NCBI GenBank assembly: GCA_963835055.1
Contig: CAWIDU010000001.1
Coordinates: forward strand, 124,182 to 188,181
Direction: 5' to 3'
Origin: an uncultured Candidatus Saccharibacteria bacterium
Lineage (GTDB): Bacteria; Patescibacteriota; Saccharimonadia; Saccharimonadales; UBA4665
DNA length: 64,000 nucleotides
The first letter of the stretch is position 1. Each line of letters begins with the position of its first letter. The position numbers were made by a program, and so were the translations under genes. The notes under the pieces were generated by a model. That model searched no databases. It had not been told where the DNA came from and saw nothing but the letters and a program-made list of their open reading frames with translations. This document shows positions 55,886 through 64,000 of the stretch, piece after piece.

Positions 55886-56482
55886 TCACAGTATGGCCGG
55901 TAGCGTGTAGCCAGCCATAAGTATGCCTAACCCGTGACCGACGACGGGCAGACGCCGATTATCAACACCGGGTATCAGCATGGTTTGATGCGGTACTACG
56001 AAATCAAATAACTGATGAAAGATAAAGAGTCGTTTTTTCTGATCGTCAGTCAAGTTAGGCATTGTTTCCGTTTCGCAGAATTTTACCGAATCATAAAAAC
56101 TTTGGCTGGCACGCGACGTTCCACGGTGCGCCATGGTTGATAATTTACGCCAATCCAATGGATTTAGGTCGCCTTCGCTAAGGCGACCGCACATATTTAC
56201 GGCCATAACGTTCTTAGTTTTGAGCTCCCCAAAGACATTGAAGGCCATACTGCCGCCGGCACTCGAGCCAATGATAGCCAACCTTCCCTGTCCGGCCAGC
56301 AGTCGTTCGGCTTTTTGGGTAGTTTCGTCTAAATGTTCTTGGAAGCTTTTGTCGGACAACCAATCCAAATGAGCATGCTCAATCTTATAACCGTGGTGTT
56401 CCAAATTTCCCAGAACCCAATGTTGTCTTTGCTGCCACTCCCCATTGCCAAGGCCATTAATATAGAGAACGGGTGTGGCCAT
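55886..56482 (-). CDS. Alpha/beta-fold esterase-like protein
   Basis: I prefer the internal ATG at 56480-56482, because the longer ORF overlaps aspS. IIGSSAGG nucleophile elbow. Confidence 0.7.
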   Translation of the reverse strand: MATPVLYINGLGNGEWQQRQHWVLGNLEHHGYKIEHAHLDWLSDKSFQEHLDETTQKAERLLAGQGRLAIIGSSAGGSMAFNVFGELKTKNVMAVNMCGRLSEGDLNPLDWRKLSTMAHRGTSRASQSFYDSVKFCETETMPNLTDDQKKRLFIFHQLFDFVVPHQTMLIPGVDNRRLPVVGHGLGILMAGYTLPAIL

Positions 56483-56483
56483 T

Positions 56484-57788
56484 TTATGGCGCGAGGCGGT
56501 TGATGTCGCGAGGGAAGAGGATGGCTTCTTTGATGTTGGCCAGGCCGATGACTTTTTCGGTGAAGCGGTCAATGCCGAAGCCGCAGCCGCCGTGGGACGG
56601 CAGGCCGTGCTTCATCGCGGTGACGAAGTGGGCGAAACCGGGCGAAGCCGGATCGACGCCGGCGGCTTTCATTTGGGCAATCAAATTATCGTGACGGTGT
56701 TCGCGCTGTGGCACGGTGGCGATCTCTACGCCGCGGAAAAGTAAATCGGCGGAGCGGGCAGTGTCGTCCTCGCCTTTCATGTGGTAGAACTTCATTTTGC
56801 TGGACGGCAGGCCGGTGGCGAAGACCGCTTCGCAACCGTCATGTTTCTTAGCGTATTCGCAAATCCACTTCTCTTCGTCGGGCGTCAGGTCAATTTCCTG
56901 GCTAGTGTCTTTGCCGGTTTCTTTCTGGTACAGTTCGTGGATTTGCTTCATGGAGTAACGTGGGAATTCCGGTTTAACTTTCAGCTCCGGGGCATTCAAA
57001 CTTTTCAGCTCGGCGCCGTGCTCTTTGTAAATCCGGGTCAGCACGTCATAAACCATGTCCTGAACCAGGTTGAGCACATCATTGTGGTCCTTGATGAACC
57101 CCATCTCGATGTCCAGCATGGTGACTTCCGATACGTGGCGGGTGGTGGCGCTGAGTTCAGCCCGGAAAGCCGGCGCAATCTCGAAGACGCGCTCGAACAC
57201 GCCTACCATGATTTGCTTGTACAGCTGTGGGCTCTGGGCCAGGGTGGCTTCTTTGCCAAAGTAGTCGAGTTTGAAAACTTCAGCGCCGCCCTCAGCGGCA
57301 CCGGCAACTATTTTCGGCGTGTTAATTTCGACAAAGTCATTTTTATAAAGAAATTCACGAATATAACGAGTCAGCTCGCTGCGGATTTTGAAGATTGCTG
57401 TTTCCTGGATGTTGCGCAGGCCGAGCACGCGGTGGTCGAATAGGGTATCGAGGTTGTCCGGTTTGTGGCTAAGCGGCTTGTCGATTTCGATTGGCGGCTC
57501 GTCGGTGACTGGCACCAGAATTTCCAATTTGGCTTCGTGCAGCTCGGCGCCTCCGGGAGCCCGAGGCTCTTCCACCACTTTTCCGTCAACCGCTAAGACA
57601 GTGCCGATGTGCAGGCCGCGTAATTTCTCGACTTCTTTCTTGTCATCAAGCACAACTTGAATCAGGCCACGGCGGTCGCGGACGTTAATAAAGGTCAGGC
57701 CGCCGAGCAGCCGCTTCTTGTGCAGCCAGCCTTCGATGTGGACGGTTTGGCCGGCGTGGTCTTGAACGTCAGAACTGAGGACTCTCAT
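56484..57788 (-). CDS. aspS: Class IIb aminoacyl-tRNA synthetase, archaeal-type aspartate--tRNA ligase (AsnRS not excluded)
   Basis: 434 aa. OB-fold N-terminus (GWLHKKRLLGGLTFINVRD), QSPQLYKQ, FRAE..ATTRH..E..MLDIE, GGCGFGIDR. Confidence 0.8.
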   Translation of the reverse strand: MRVLSSDVQDHAGQTVHIEGWLHKKRLLGGLTFINVRDRRGLIQVVLDDKKEVEKLRGLHIGTVLAVDGKVVEEPRAPGGAELHEAKLEILVPVTDEPPIEIDKPLSHKPDNLDTLFDHRVLGLRNIQETAIFKIRSELTRYIREFLYKNDFVEINTPKIVAGAAEGGAEVFKLDYFGKEATLAQSPQLYKQIMVGVFERVFEIAPAFRAELSATTRHVSEVTMLDIEMGFIKDHNDVLNLVQDMVYDVLTRIYKEHGAELKSLNAPELKVKPEFPRYSMKQIHELYQKETGKDTSQEIDLTPDEEKWICEYAKKHDGCEAVFATGLPSSKMKFYHMKGEDDTARSADLLFRGVEIATVPQREHRHDNLIAQMKAAGVDPASPGFAHFVTAMKHGLPSHGGCGFGIDRFTEKVIGLANIKEAILFPRDINRLAP

Positions 57789-57796
57789 AATCCTGG

Positions 57797-58855
57797 CTAT
57801 TTTAACACTTCCTCATCTGTTTTGACAGGGGTCTCTACCATTTCTTCGGAGGTTTCTTCTGGCTCGGCTTTCGGCTGGTGGCGACTGGCGACAGCGGCCC
57901 GGTCAGCGTATTGGTCAAATTCTTCGCCCGGCAAGTGGCCAAGCAGCTGGCGCAGGATGTTCTCGACAGTGACGATGCCCAGCACGGCTTCCTGCTCGTC
58001 GACCACCACGAACACCGGATGGTTGGTGACGAAGAAAGCCTTGAGCGCCTCGCTCAGCGAATCCTGGACGTGCAGATAATAAACGATGGCGTCCATCGAG
58101 CCGCGGACCACGCCGCTGCTACGGATGCCCAGCTGATCGATGGCCAGTGTCCCGAGAACATCGCCCTTGGGCGTTTCACGGACCAGGGCGTATTGCTGGT
58201 TGGTCTGGTGCAGTTCGTCAATCAGTACCGGGCCGACGGCGTCCGACGGCTTGACGGTTTTGAGTTCCTTCCGCGGCGTCAGAACGTCGGCGATGGTGTG
58301 GTCGTCGAAGCTGAGCGCGCGGCGGGCGATTTCCAGTTCATCATTACTGAGACGGTTGTCGGACTGGGCCTGCTGGCGGGCAATTAGGCGCAACAGGTCT
58401 TCCCTTTCATACAGATGGGTGTGCGAGGGCCGGTGAAAACGGTTAGTCCCCACGTCGCCCAGCCGACTAAGCAACGGATTGAAATGGCTGAGTAACCAGA
58501 CGATTACCGGATTAACCAGCGTGGTCAGGCGCCGGCCGAGACCGCTGACCTGGGACGCTGGCAGCAACGCGAAGAATAGCCATAGCAAGAAACCGATCAC
58601 CACCAGGCTCAGCCAGACTGGCAACGCCCGGACGAAGAAGTCGAAGCTGGCGGCGGCGGTCAAGCCGATGTACAGCCACAGCAAAACCCGCAGGCTGCTA
58701 CCATAGGCCACGGCCTGGTACAGTTTGGCTGATTGATGGTCCTTCTGGCGGGCCCGGCGCTTGAGCTCACGCGTCGGCAGGTGGTAATAAGTTTTGCGGA
58801 CAATGACGCCGCCAATGGCCAGCAGCAGGAAGACGAGCGCCAGGATAATGTTCAT
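57797..58855 (-). CDS. CNNM/HlyC-CorC family transporter (DUF21 plus CBS pair)
   Basis: N-terminal four-TM DUF21-like region followed by a CBS-pair-like region (IADVLTPRKEL...VVVDEQEAVLGIVTVENIL). Confidence 0.8.
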   Translation of the reverse strand: MNIILALVFLLLAIGGVIVRKTYYHLPTRELKRRARQKDHQSAKLYQAVAYGSSLRVLLWLYIGLTAAASFDFFVRALPVWLSLVVIGFLLWLFFALLPASQVSGLGRRLTTLVNPVIVWLLSHFNPLLSRLGDVGTNRFHRPSHTHLYEREDLLRLIARQQAQSDNRLSNDELEIARRALSFDDHTIADVLTPRKELKTVKPSDAVGPVLIDELHQTNQQYALVRETPKGDVLGTLAIDQLGIRSSGVVRGSMDAIVYYLHVQDSLSEALKAFFVTNHPVFVVVDEQEAVLGIVTVENILRQLLGHLPGEEFDQYADRAAVASRHQPKAEPEETSEEMVETPVKTDEEVLK

Positions 58856-59073
58856 GCTCTTAGCTTAATACCCGGACAGCTTGATTTGCAAAACATAAAC
58901 GGTTTTGATACTATCTAAGCACTTCGGAGATCCTGGGAGGATCAGAAGACAAAAACAATAAAAAGTGTGAAAAGAGTGCTAATGACGGCTATAAAAATAA
59001 AAACTGTTAATACTCAGGCCACGGCCGTGATGGTCAGTGTCGATCGACCGACCTGGCGCGAGTTTCTGTATTA

Positions 59074-59745
59074 CTAGGCTTTGGCTTTTTTGGCGATTTC
59101 GGCGTTGATCAGCTGCTCGAAAGCGCTGACTGATTCGCCGGGGCTGACCGCTTTGCCGTCGAGGTAGAATGACGGCGTGGCGTTGACACCCAGCTTGTTG
59201 CCAGCGGCTTCATCAGCAGTAATTAGGTTGTTGACGGTGTCACTGGCGTAATCAGTCTTGAACTGCGTAACATTGAGCCCCAGCTGTTGGGCGAAAGCGT
59301 TGAAGTACGGCGTTGGGTCGCTGGCGCCAATCCAGCTGTTGGGCGGCTCACCGCCGTTATAGTAGGCGTCGTTCTGCTCGTACAACAGGTCATGCATTTG
59401 CCAGAATTTGTCTTGCAGGCCGGCAGCTTCGGCGGCCCGGGCGCCGGCGAAAGCGTTGGGGTGCAGGCTGACCAGCGGAAAGTTACGGAACTGGAAGCTA
59501 ATCTGAGTGTTATATTCGGCTTGAACCTGCTTGACGATCGGGTAGTATTGGCCGCAGTACGGGCACTGGTAATCGCCGTACTCGACCAGCGTGATACCGT
59601 CCTTGCCCTGGCCTTCGACATGGCTAGTTGGCGTGCTAGAACTGGACTTACTGCTACTAGGGGTATTAGACTTGCCACCGAAAACGGCGATGCCGACGAA
59701 AATCAAGATGATGGCGGCCAGGATGGCCATGAATTGCTTGGACAC
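59074..59745 (-). CDS. DsbA-family thioredoxin-like thiol:disulfide oxidoreductase, membrane-anchored
   Basis: CPYC active site; N-terminal TM segment. Confidence 0.85.
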   Translation of the reverse strand: MSKQFMAILAAIILIFVGIAVFGGKSNTPSSSKSSSSTPTSHVEGQGKDGITLVEYGDYQCPYCGQYYPIVKQVQAEYNTQISFQFRNFPLVSLHPNAFAGARAAEAAGLQDKFWQMHDLLYEQNDAYYNGGEPPNSWIGASDPTPYFNAFAQQLGLNVTQFKTDYASDTVNNLITADEAAGNKLGVNATPSFYLDGKAVSPGESVSAFEQLINAEIAKKAKA

Positions 59746-59844
59746 TGCTACTTCCTTTCAAGTCACTTGCTGCGTTTCAGTATATCGCATTTCGGCGGCG
59801 AATGTGTTGAAATTTTTCTGGTGCGTTTCAGTTATTTTTCAGCT

Positions 59845-61263
59845 CTAATATTTCACGGTCTTGCCGCATGTCGTACAACCTTTTTTTGTCTGCTTTAAAT
59901 CATAGTAGACCGTTTTAGCACCGCACTTACATTTCCGTTCTGTGTCTTTGATAGAATCCTTAACATTGAAACCAAGCTTTTTGATATCTGATTCATCACT
60001 GCTCCCGGCAATTATTGCTTCAAGCCCGCAACTACCGGCGCCACAGAAACCACCACCCGGTGCAGCTGTTTCAACTTTTTGATATAGCTCTAATGCCTCT
60101 TGGCTACGGCCGATTGATTCCAGGTAAATTACCTGGCGCAAGCCTTCGGCAGTCTTATCGTCAAACACTTGAGAGGCCAACGCCGTGTTATGGCGAGCCA
60201 TGTTCATTAGCATTTTTTTAACAAATTTTTCGACTATGGCGGGAGCTTCGCGTGGATCAGTATTATTCACGGCCAAGCTCAGCACAAAGTCCGCTACCAT
60301 GCTGGAATGGCTCTCCAGCTTTTCTTGTCGGGCTCTGGCCTCAGCCCGAACATTGCCGTAATTCTTGGGGTGGTCGGGCGGAACTTCTTCGCCCATAAAT
60401 ATGTTGGTACACCATTGCTCACTAGCGACCGCATCCAGAATCGGAACAAAACTTGTAACCAAGTCATCGCTTGCCAGCAACTGCGTGCCGTGCAGGCCAG
60501 TTTTGTCTTTATCCATCAAGTCGACACCTAAGCGCTGCAACGCATCTTGGAAGATTTCATGGGTGAAGTATATGCCGGGTAAACCAATCTGTTCCTCAAA
60601 CCGACCAGCGCTGGCTTCGTCAAACAAGAAATCACGAATCATGACTTTCTCGATTTCCGGCACATAACCGTTATAGCCGCGATGCTCGGCGCCAGCTATC
60701 AGATCGCTTCGATAAGCTTCAATGGCTGCGTCAGTACATTCGGAGATAGTCCGGATACGCATGCCCTCCAGGGCAATACCGCCAATTCTTCGAAGAATTT
60801 GCGGCGTCGCCTCCTCGACTCGTTCGTTGACCCGACGATCTTCATCTTCTGGTGTATCTTGAGGAGTCAGGGCGTTCTTAGTCATTTGACCAATAAACAG
60901 GCCGTGTGAATAAAAATCCTCGGTCGCCGGATCAAAGCCATGATAAACAACCGGGAAATACTCCCCGGTATTTTTTCGATACCATTCGGTTAATAAACGA
61001 TGGCAGTCGAGCCACAGACCAGCCGATAATTCTTGATGTTCGGCACTATCTTCGCCGTGCTGGTCTCGAGCAGCTAATACTTTAGACGCGGTAGACAGAA
61101 CATCAATGGGGAGAGGTACGTATTGCCACTCGCCATTCTCGATCTGTTGGCGACGTGCTTCCAGTGTCGTCCAGGCTTCGTTACGCACAGCCAGCCGCGC
61201 AGCGGCTACCTCTGGCAAATCATCAATGTTTGTGTATCGAATTGTTTCGGCTGCGACGGCCAT
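59845..61263 (-). CDS. Orphan 472-aa protein with a C-terminal Cys4 zinc ribbon
   Basis: The last 30 aa are KCKCGAKTVYYDLKQTKKGCTTCGKTVKY. I recognise no other motif. Confidence 0.75.
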   Translation of the reverse strand: MAVAAETIRYTNIDDLPEVAAARLAVRNEAWTTLEARRQQIENGEWQYVPLPIDVLSTASKVLAARDQHGEDSAEHQELSAGLWLDCHRLLTEWYRKNTGEYFPVVYHGFDPATEDFYSHGLFIGQMTKNALTPQDTPEDEDRRVNERVEEATPQILRRIGGIALEGMRIRTISECTDAAIEAYRSDLIAGAEHRGYNGYVPEIEKVMIRDFLFDEASAGRFEEQIGLPGIYFTHEIFQDALQRLGVDLMDKDKTGLHGTQLLASDDLVTSFVPILDAVASEQWCTNIFMGEEVPPDHPKNYGNVRAEARARQEKLESHSSMVADFVLSLAVNNTDPREAPAIVEKFVKKMLMNMARHNTALASQVFDDKTAEGLRQVIYLESIGRSQEALELYQKVETAAPGGGFCGAGSCGLEAIIAGSSDESDIKKLGFNVKDSIKDTERKCKCGAKTVYYDLKQTKKGCTTCGKTVKY

Positions 61264-61269
61264 GGAAAT

Positions 61270-61297
61270 AAAAAACCCTCTGCTCTGGGAGCGAGGG
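61270..61297 (-). terminator. Terminator-like hairpin 6 nt upstream of the 59845..61263 start codon
   Basis: Minus strand reads CCCTCGCTC-cca-GAGC(A)GAGGG followed by TTTTTTATTTCC-ATG. Confidence 0.5.
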
Positions 61298-61495
61298 CGA
61301 AAAAGTCCGAAAACTTTTGACTGCTCTTGCTCGAGAGACTTGATCGCCAGATCGGACTTATCACGTCAATTAATCGACGCGAAACACCGTTGCGGCACAG
61401 CGTGAGAATCGCACTCACTTCCGGCTTATTTGTTAAGTATCCGCAGTTTACACCCGCGCCAGCAAGTTGCATATGGTATTAATTACGGCGGATTG

Positions 61496-61969
61496 TCAGG
61501 TGGTTTGGCGCTGCTTGAGCGCCGTCAGGCGGGGCATGAAACTCTGGGCCGCGCCCTCCATACCGAGAACTTTGAGCGCGCCGATTAGCACATACAAATG
61601 GTCGAAGCCGGACTCCGCCAGCTCGCCGCCGAGGCTCTCGACTTGCTGGAAAGCATGCTCCACCTTCTCGACCAGCCATTTCTCTTCGCTGGGTGCGATT
61701 TGGTTGGAGCTGACCTTGGTGGTCGTGCTGCCGGCGACCAGCTCTAGCGAGCGCGCCGAGCGGTCACGTTTGCGAATATGGCCGCGCTTGATCAGATTAT
61801 TGACGTGCAACGCGACAGTCGCCACCGAGTTATATTTCAGCCCGCTCATGATTTCGCGGTAACTCGGGCTGTAGCCGTGCTCGTGAATGAAAGTTTCAAT
61901 GAAGTCTAGTAATTCTTTTTGCTTCTTGGTCGGCCGTACTGTTTGAGTTGCTGTTTGCTTTTCGTTCAT
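61496..61969 (-). CDS. LexA-type winged-helix DNA-binding domain protein lacking the S24 peptidase domain
   Basis: KKQKELLDFIETFIHEHGYSPSYREIMSGLKYNSVATVALHVNNLIKRGHIRK is a LexA_DNA_bind domain. The C-terminal ~85 aa are helical with no Ser/Lys dyad context. The ORF-track alternative is a GTG start at 61987. Confidence 0.75.
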   Translation of the reverse strand: MNEKQTATQTVRPTKKQKELLDFIETFIHEHGYSPSYREIMSGLKYNSVATVALHVNNLIKRGHIRKRDRSARSLELVAGSTTTKVSSNQIAPSEEKWLVEKVEHAFQQVESLGGELAESGFDHLYVLIGALKVLGMEGAAQSFMPRLTALKQRQTT

Positions 61970-62034
61970 GCTTACATTATGCCACACCGTTCAACGTTGT
62001 AATAATACATAACTTATTATATAATGAAGAAGTT

Positions 62035-62784
62035 ATGCGTCGTTCTACGGCCAAGCTTATGCACCAAGCCACCAACATTGCCTTTTGGATAGAAAATCCA
62101 GAATGGAGCACCGACAATGCAGTGGCTGACTTTGCCCGGCGCGGTTTGTATCCGCTGCCATTTAAGATTCATGATGTTTTGAAGGAATTATTCTTTGATA
62201 CCGACAAGGTTGCTGCCGTTAATGGCGAGACCGTTGTTACCTATAATAATGGTAACGATACCGTTGATAAGTTTATGCTTCGCTACCCGGGCAAAATGCC
62301 GCTCGAAACTTTTCGCGCCAAAGTGACTAGCGAAATTGGAACAGTAACACACTATTTGGCTGGTGTAGCCTTACCAACTCAAGTTAGTATTAAAAATGCT
62401 CGGGTATTTCGTTCACGTGATGCTGCCGTGCCCGCTGTCACTCAAACTCAACAGCGAGTCGATCTTGCCGCTAATCCGGTTTTGGATCTAGAAATTGCCC
62501 AAGCCGCACCATCAAAGTTGCGCGATCAAACCGCCATCAATCTAGAACAGCTAGTTAATGGCGCTGGGTGGCTAGCCGAAGATTATGGCTATTACCCAGA
62601 CACTGCTAATTCTGGCGGCAATTTGCGACGCAACATACTGGACGGCTCGGTAGTACTGATTGACGTTATGCCCTTTTATGCTAACGGTAGCCGGCTGGTT
62701 GGTGATAGACCGCCCAATGTAATCGAACACGTTACTGAGAACTTAGAATCCTATCGAGATTTTGTTGGTCAGTTTGGCGGCTAA
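62035..62784 (+). CDS. Hypothetical 249-aa protein (weak atypical-kinase-like catalytic-loop resemblance)
   Basis: ATG at 62035 (MRRSTAKL). YPDTANSGGNLRRNILDGSVVLIDVMP resembles the RIO/APH-type D..N...IDF arrangement. Confidence 0.65.
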   Translation: MRRSTAKLMHQATNIAFWIENPEWSTDNAVADFARRGLYPLPFKIHDVLKELFFDTDKVAAVNGETVVTYNNGNDTVDKFMLRYPGKMPLETFRAKVTSEIGTVTHYLAGVALPTQVSIKNARVFRSRDAAVPAVTQTQQRVDLAANPVLDLEIAQAAPSKLRDQTAINLEQLVNGAGWLAEDYGYYPDTANSGGNLRRNILDGSVVLIDVMPFYANGSRLVGDRPPNVIEHVTENLESYRDFVGQFGG

Positions 62785-63167
62785 GTAGTCTTTTTCTTTT
62801 CGGGGAAAACCCAATACTTGTACCACAGCCAGCTCCAGACTGTGAAGAAGCCAGCGGAGATGAAGAAGCCGACGTAGGGCGAAATGCCGATGGCTTTCAG
62901 GGCGCCGATGATGGCGTAGTCGATGATGAAACCGATTGATTCAATGAAAACATAGCGGCCGGCGTGTTGCATTTCGCTGAGATGGTGTTGCTCGGAGAAC
63001 GCCCAGAAGCGTTGGACCAGGTAATTCAGCGACCAGCCGATGACGTCGCAGACAACTTTCGACGGGAACCAGCTCCAGTGCAAAACCGAGTAGCAGAAAG
63101 CGAAGATGACAAAGCCGGACCAGAAATACAAGCTGCCGCCGGCCATATATTTGGCGAATTGTTTCAT
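62781..63167 (-). CDS. GtrA family membrane protein
   Basis: Internal ATG at 63165-63167 with an ATGA overlap to the upstream gene. Four TM segments; YLVQRFWAF motif. Confidence 0.8.
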   Translation of the reverse strand: MKQFAKYMAGGSLYFWSGFVIFAFCYSVLHWSWFPSKVVCDVIGWSLNYLVQRFWAFSEQHHLSEMQHAGRYVFIESIGFIIDYAIIGALKAIGISPYVGFFISAGFFTVWSWLWYKYWVFPEKKKTT

Positions 63168-64000
63168 GGTTTCGGTGCCAGGGCGATGCCGGCGAGGCCC
63201 CACCAGACGTAGGCTAGGGTATCATCGGCCCAGGCGTGGGTTAGCAAGTTGACGACAGTCAGGCCGATGAAGCTGGCCAGCAGCGCCAGCGCCAGCGGCT
63301 CGGCACGCCGCAGCCAGAGCAGGTAGCCGACGCCGAGGTTTATTAATAGGAATACGGCCAGGCCGAGCCAGCCCATTTCCTGGCCGATTTGTATGTAGAA
63401 ATCCTCGGCGACGCGGACTTTGTGGCCGTTATAAACCGACGCCGGTCCAGCCGTGCCCGGACCGCGGCCTAGCGGCTGATGGATAATTTCGTGCAGGCCG
63501 CTGCGCAAGGCGCTGGCGTGGCCTTGGTCGGAGGTCGCCGCGACGGCGGAGTGGCTTTGGGTGTGCAGAAAGATGTTTTGGACATAGGCGTTGTGGCGGA
63601 AGCCGACAGCCAGAGCGGCTACGATCAAGACCACGGCCGCCAGGCCGGCCAGAAGTTTTTTACGGTAGGGTTTTAGTTTGTCGTGAAGCAAGCAGACGGT
63701 TAGCAAGCTAAGCAATAGCCCGAGCCAAGCACCGCGCGAGAAGCTGAAGAACAGTACGACCAGGCCGGCCAGGAAGAAGACGAGTAATTTCCATTGGCGC
63801 CAGCGGTTAGCCAGCAGCACGACCAGTGCGCTGAGCGGTACCAATAGGTAGGCGCCAAGCGGATCGGCGCCACGCAGCGTCGACATGATACGGATGTAAT
63901 GACTGTTATGGTTAATGGTTTCGTAGGGCGCAATGGTGGCCGGGCCGTAACCGAAATGGCTGAGGAAGTCGCGCGGCAGAATGAAAGCTTGCAGCAGGCC
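63164..64000 (-). CDS. O-antigen ligase/Wzy-like membrane protein, partial; N-terminus lies outside the window
   Basis: FSFSRGAWLGLLLSLL Wzy_C motif. The frame stays open from 63886 to the window edge (GLLQAFILPRDFLSHFGYGP...). Confidence 0.8.
   Translation of the reverse strand, partial: GLLQAFILPRDFLSHFGYGPATIAPYETINHNSHYIRIMSTLRGADPLGAYLLVPLSALVVLLANRWRQWKLLVFFLAGLVVLFFSFSRGAWLGLLLSLLTVCLLHDKLKPYRKKLLAGLAAVVLIVAALAVGFRHNAYVQNIFLHTQSHSAVAATSDQGHASALRSGLHEIIHQPLGRGPGTAGPASVYNGHKVRVAEDFYIQIGQEMGWLGLAVFLLINLGVGYLLWLRRAEPLALALLASFIGLTVVNLLTHAWADDTLAYVWWGLAGIALAPKP

Noticed and set aside
61264-61495. RNase P RNA, because the + strand contains GAAAAAGTCCGA (CR-I-like) and CCGGCTTAT (CR-V-like)
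   Set aside because: The two motifs are only about 120 nt apart and the whole gap is about 230 nt. The other universally conserved RNase P blocks (AGGGTGAAA and the GGTAA regions) are absent.

Overview
The window is a gene-dense bacterial chromosome segment with about 85 CDS, mostly on the minus strand, and many 4-14 nt start/stop overlaps. Gene content suggests a reduced-genome Patescibacteria/CPR organism resembling Saccharibacteria; this is inference, not a search result. Supporting features are many N-terminally anchored extracellular proteins, a type IV pilus minor-pilin operon, peptidoglycan genes (murJ, a murC-like ligase), short versions of housekeeping genes and little biosynthesis.

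Recognisable core genes:
- Heat-shock operon hrcA-grpE-dnaK-dnaJ with two CIRCE operators.
- ftsH and tilS.
- lepA, which is disrupted.
- gmk, dus, an archaeal-type aspS, tsaC, a murC-like ligase and murJ.
- An ABC-2 exporter whose ATPase gene is frameshifted.
- A PadR/PspC pair and a phd/doc-type toxin-antitoxin pair.
- Three tRNA genes, all with a CAU anticodon.

I saw no rRNA, CRISPR array, transposase or integrase.

Most interesting observations:
1. Seven small AT-rich orphan ORFs sit in every junction of the heat-shock operon and are translationally coupled to it.
2. A family of secreted enzymes (neprosin-like, discoidin/GH16-like, ConA-like, PG-binding) shares an unusual prepilin-like N-terminal 'KLN-x-x-GFSHD' signal.
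3. lepA carries five single-base insertions, all of the same polarity. The ABC ATPase has one more, and a pilus gene may have another.
4. Direct repeats resembling a tRNA T-arm bracket low-GC cargo genes next to a tRNA(CAU).
5. A LexA DNA-binding domain without a peptidase domain lies next to a zinc-ribbon orphan with a long structured leader.

All calls come from reading the ORF translations and the DNA by eye. No database search or computation was possible.
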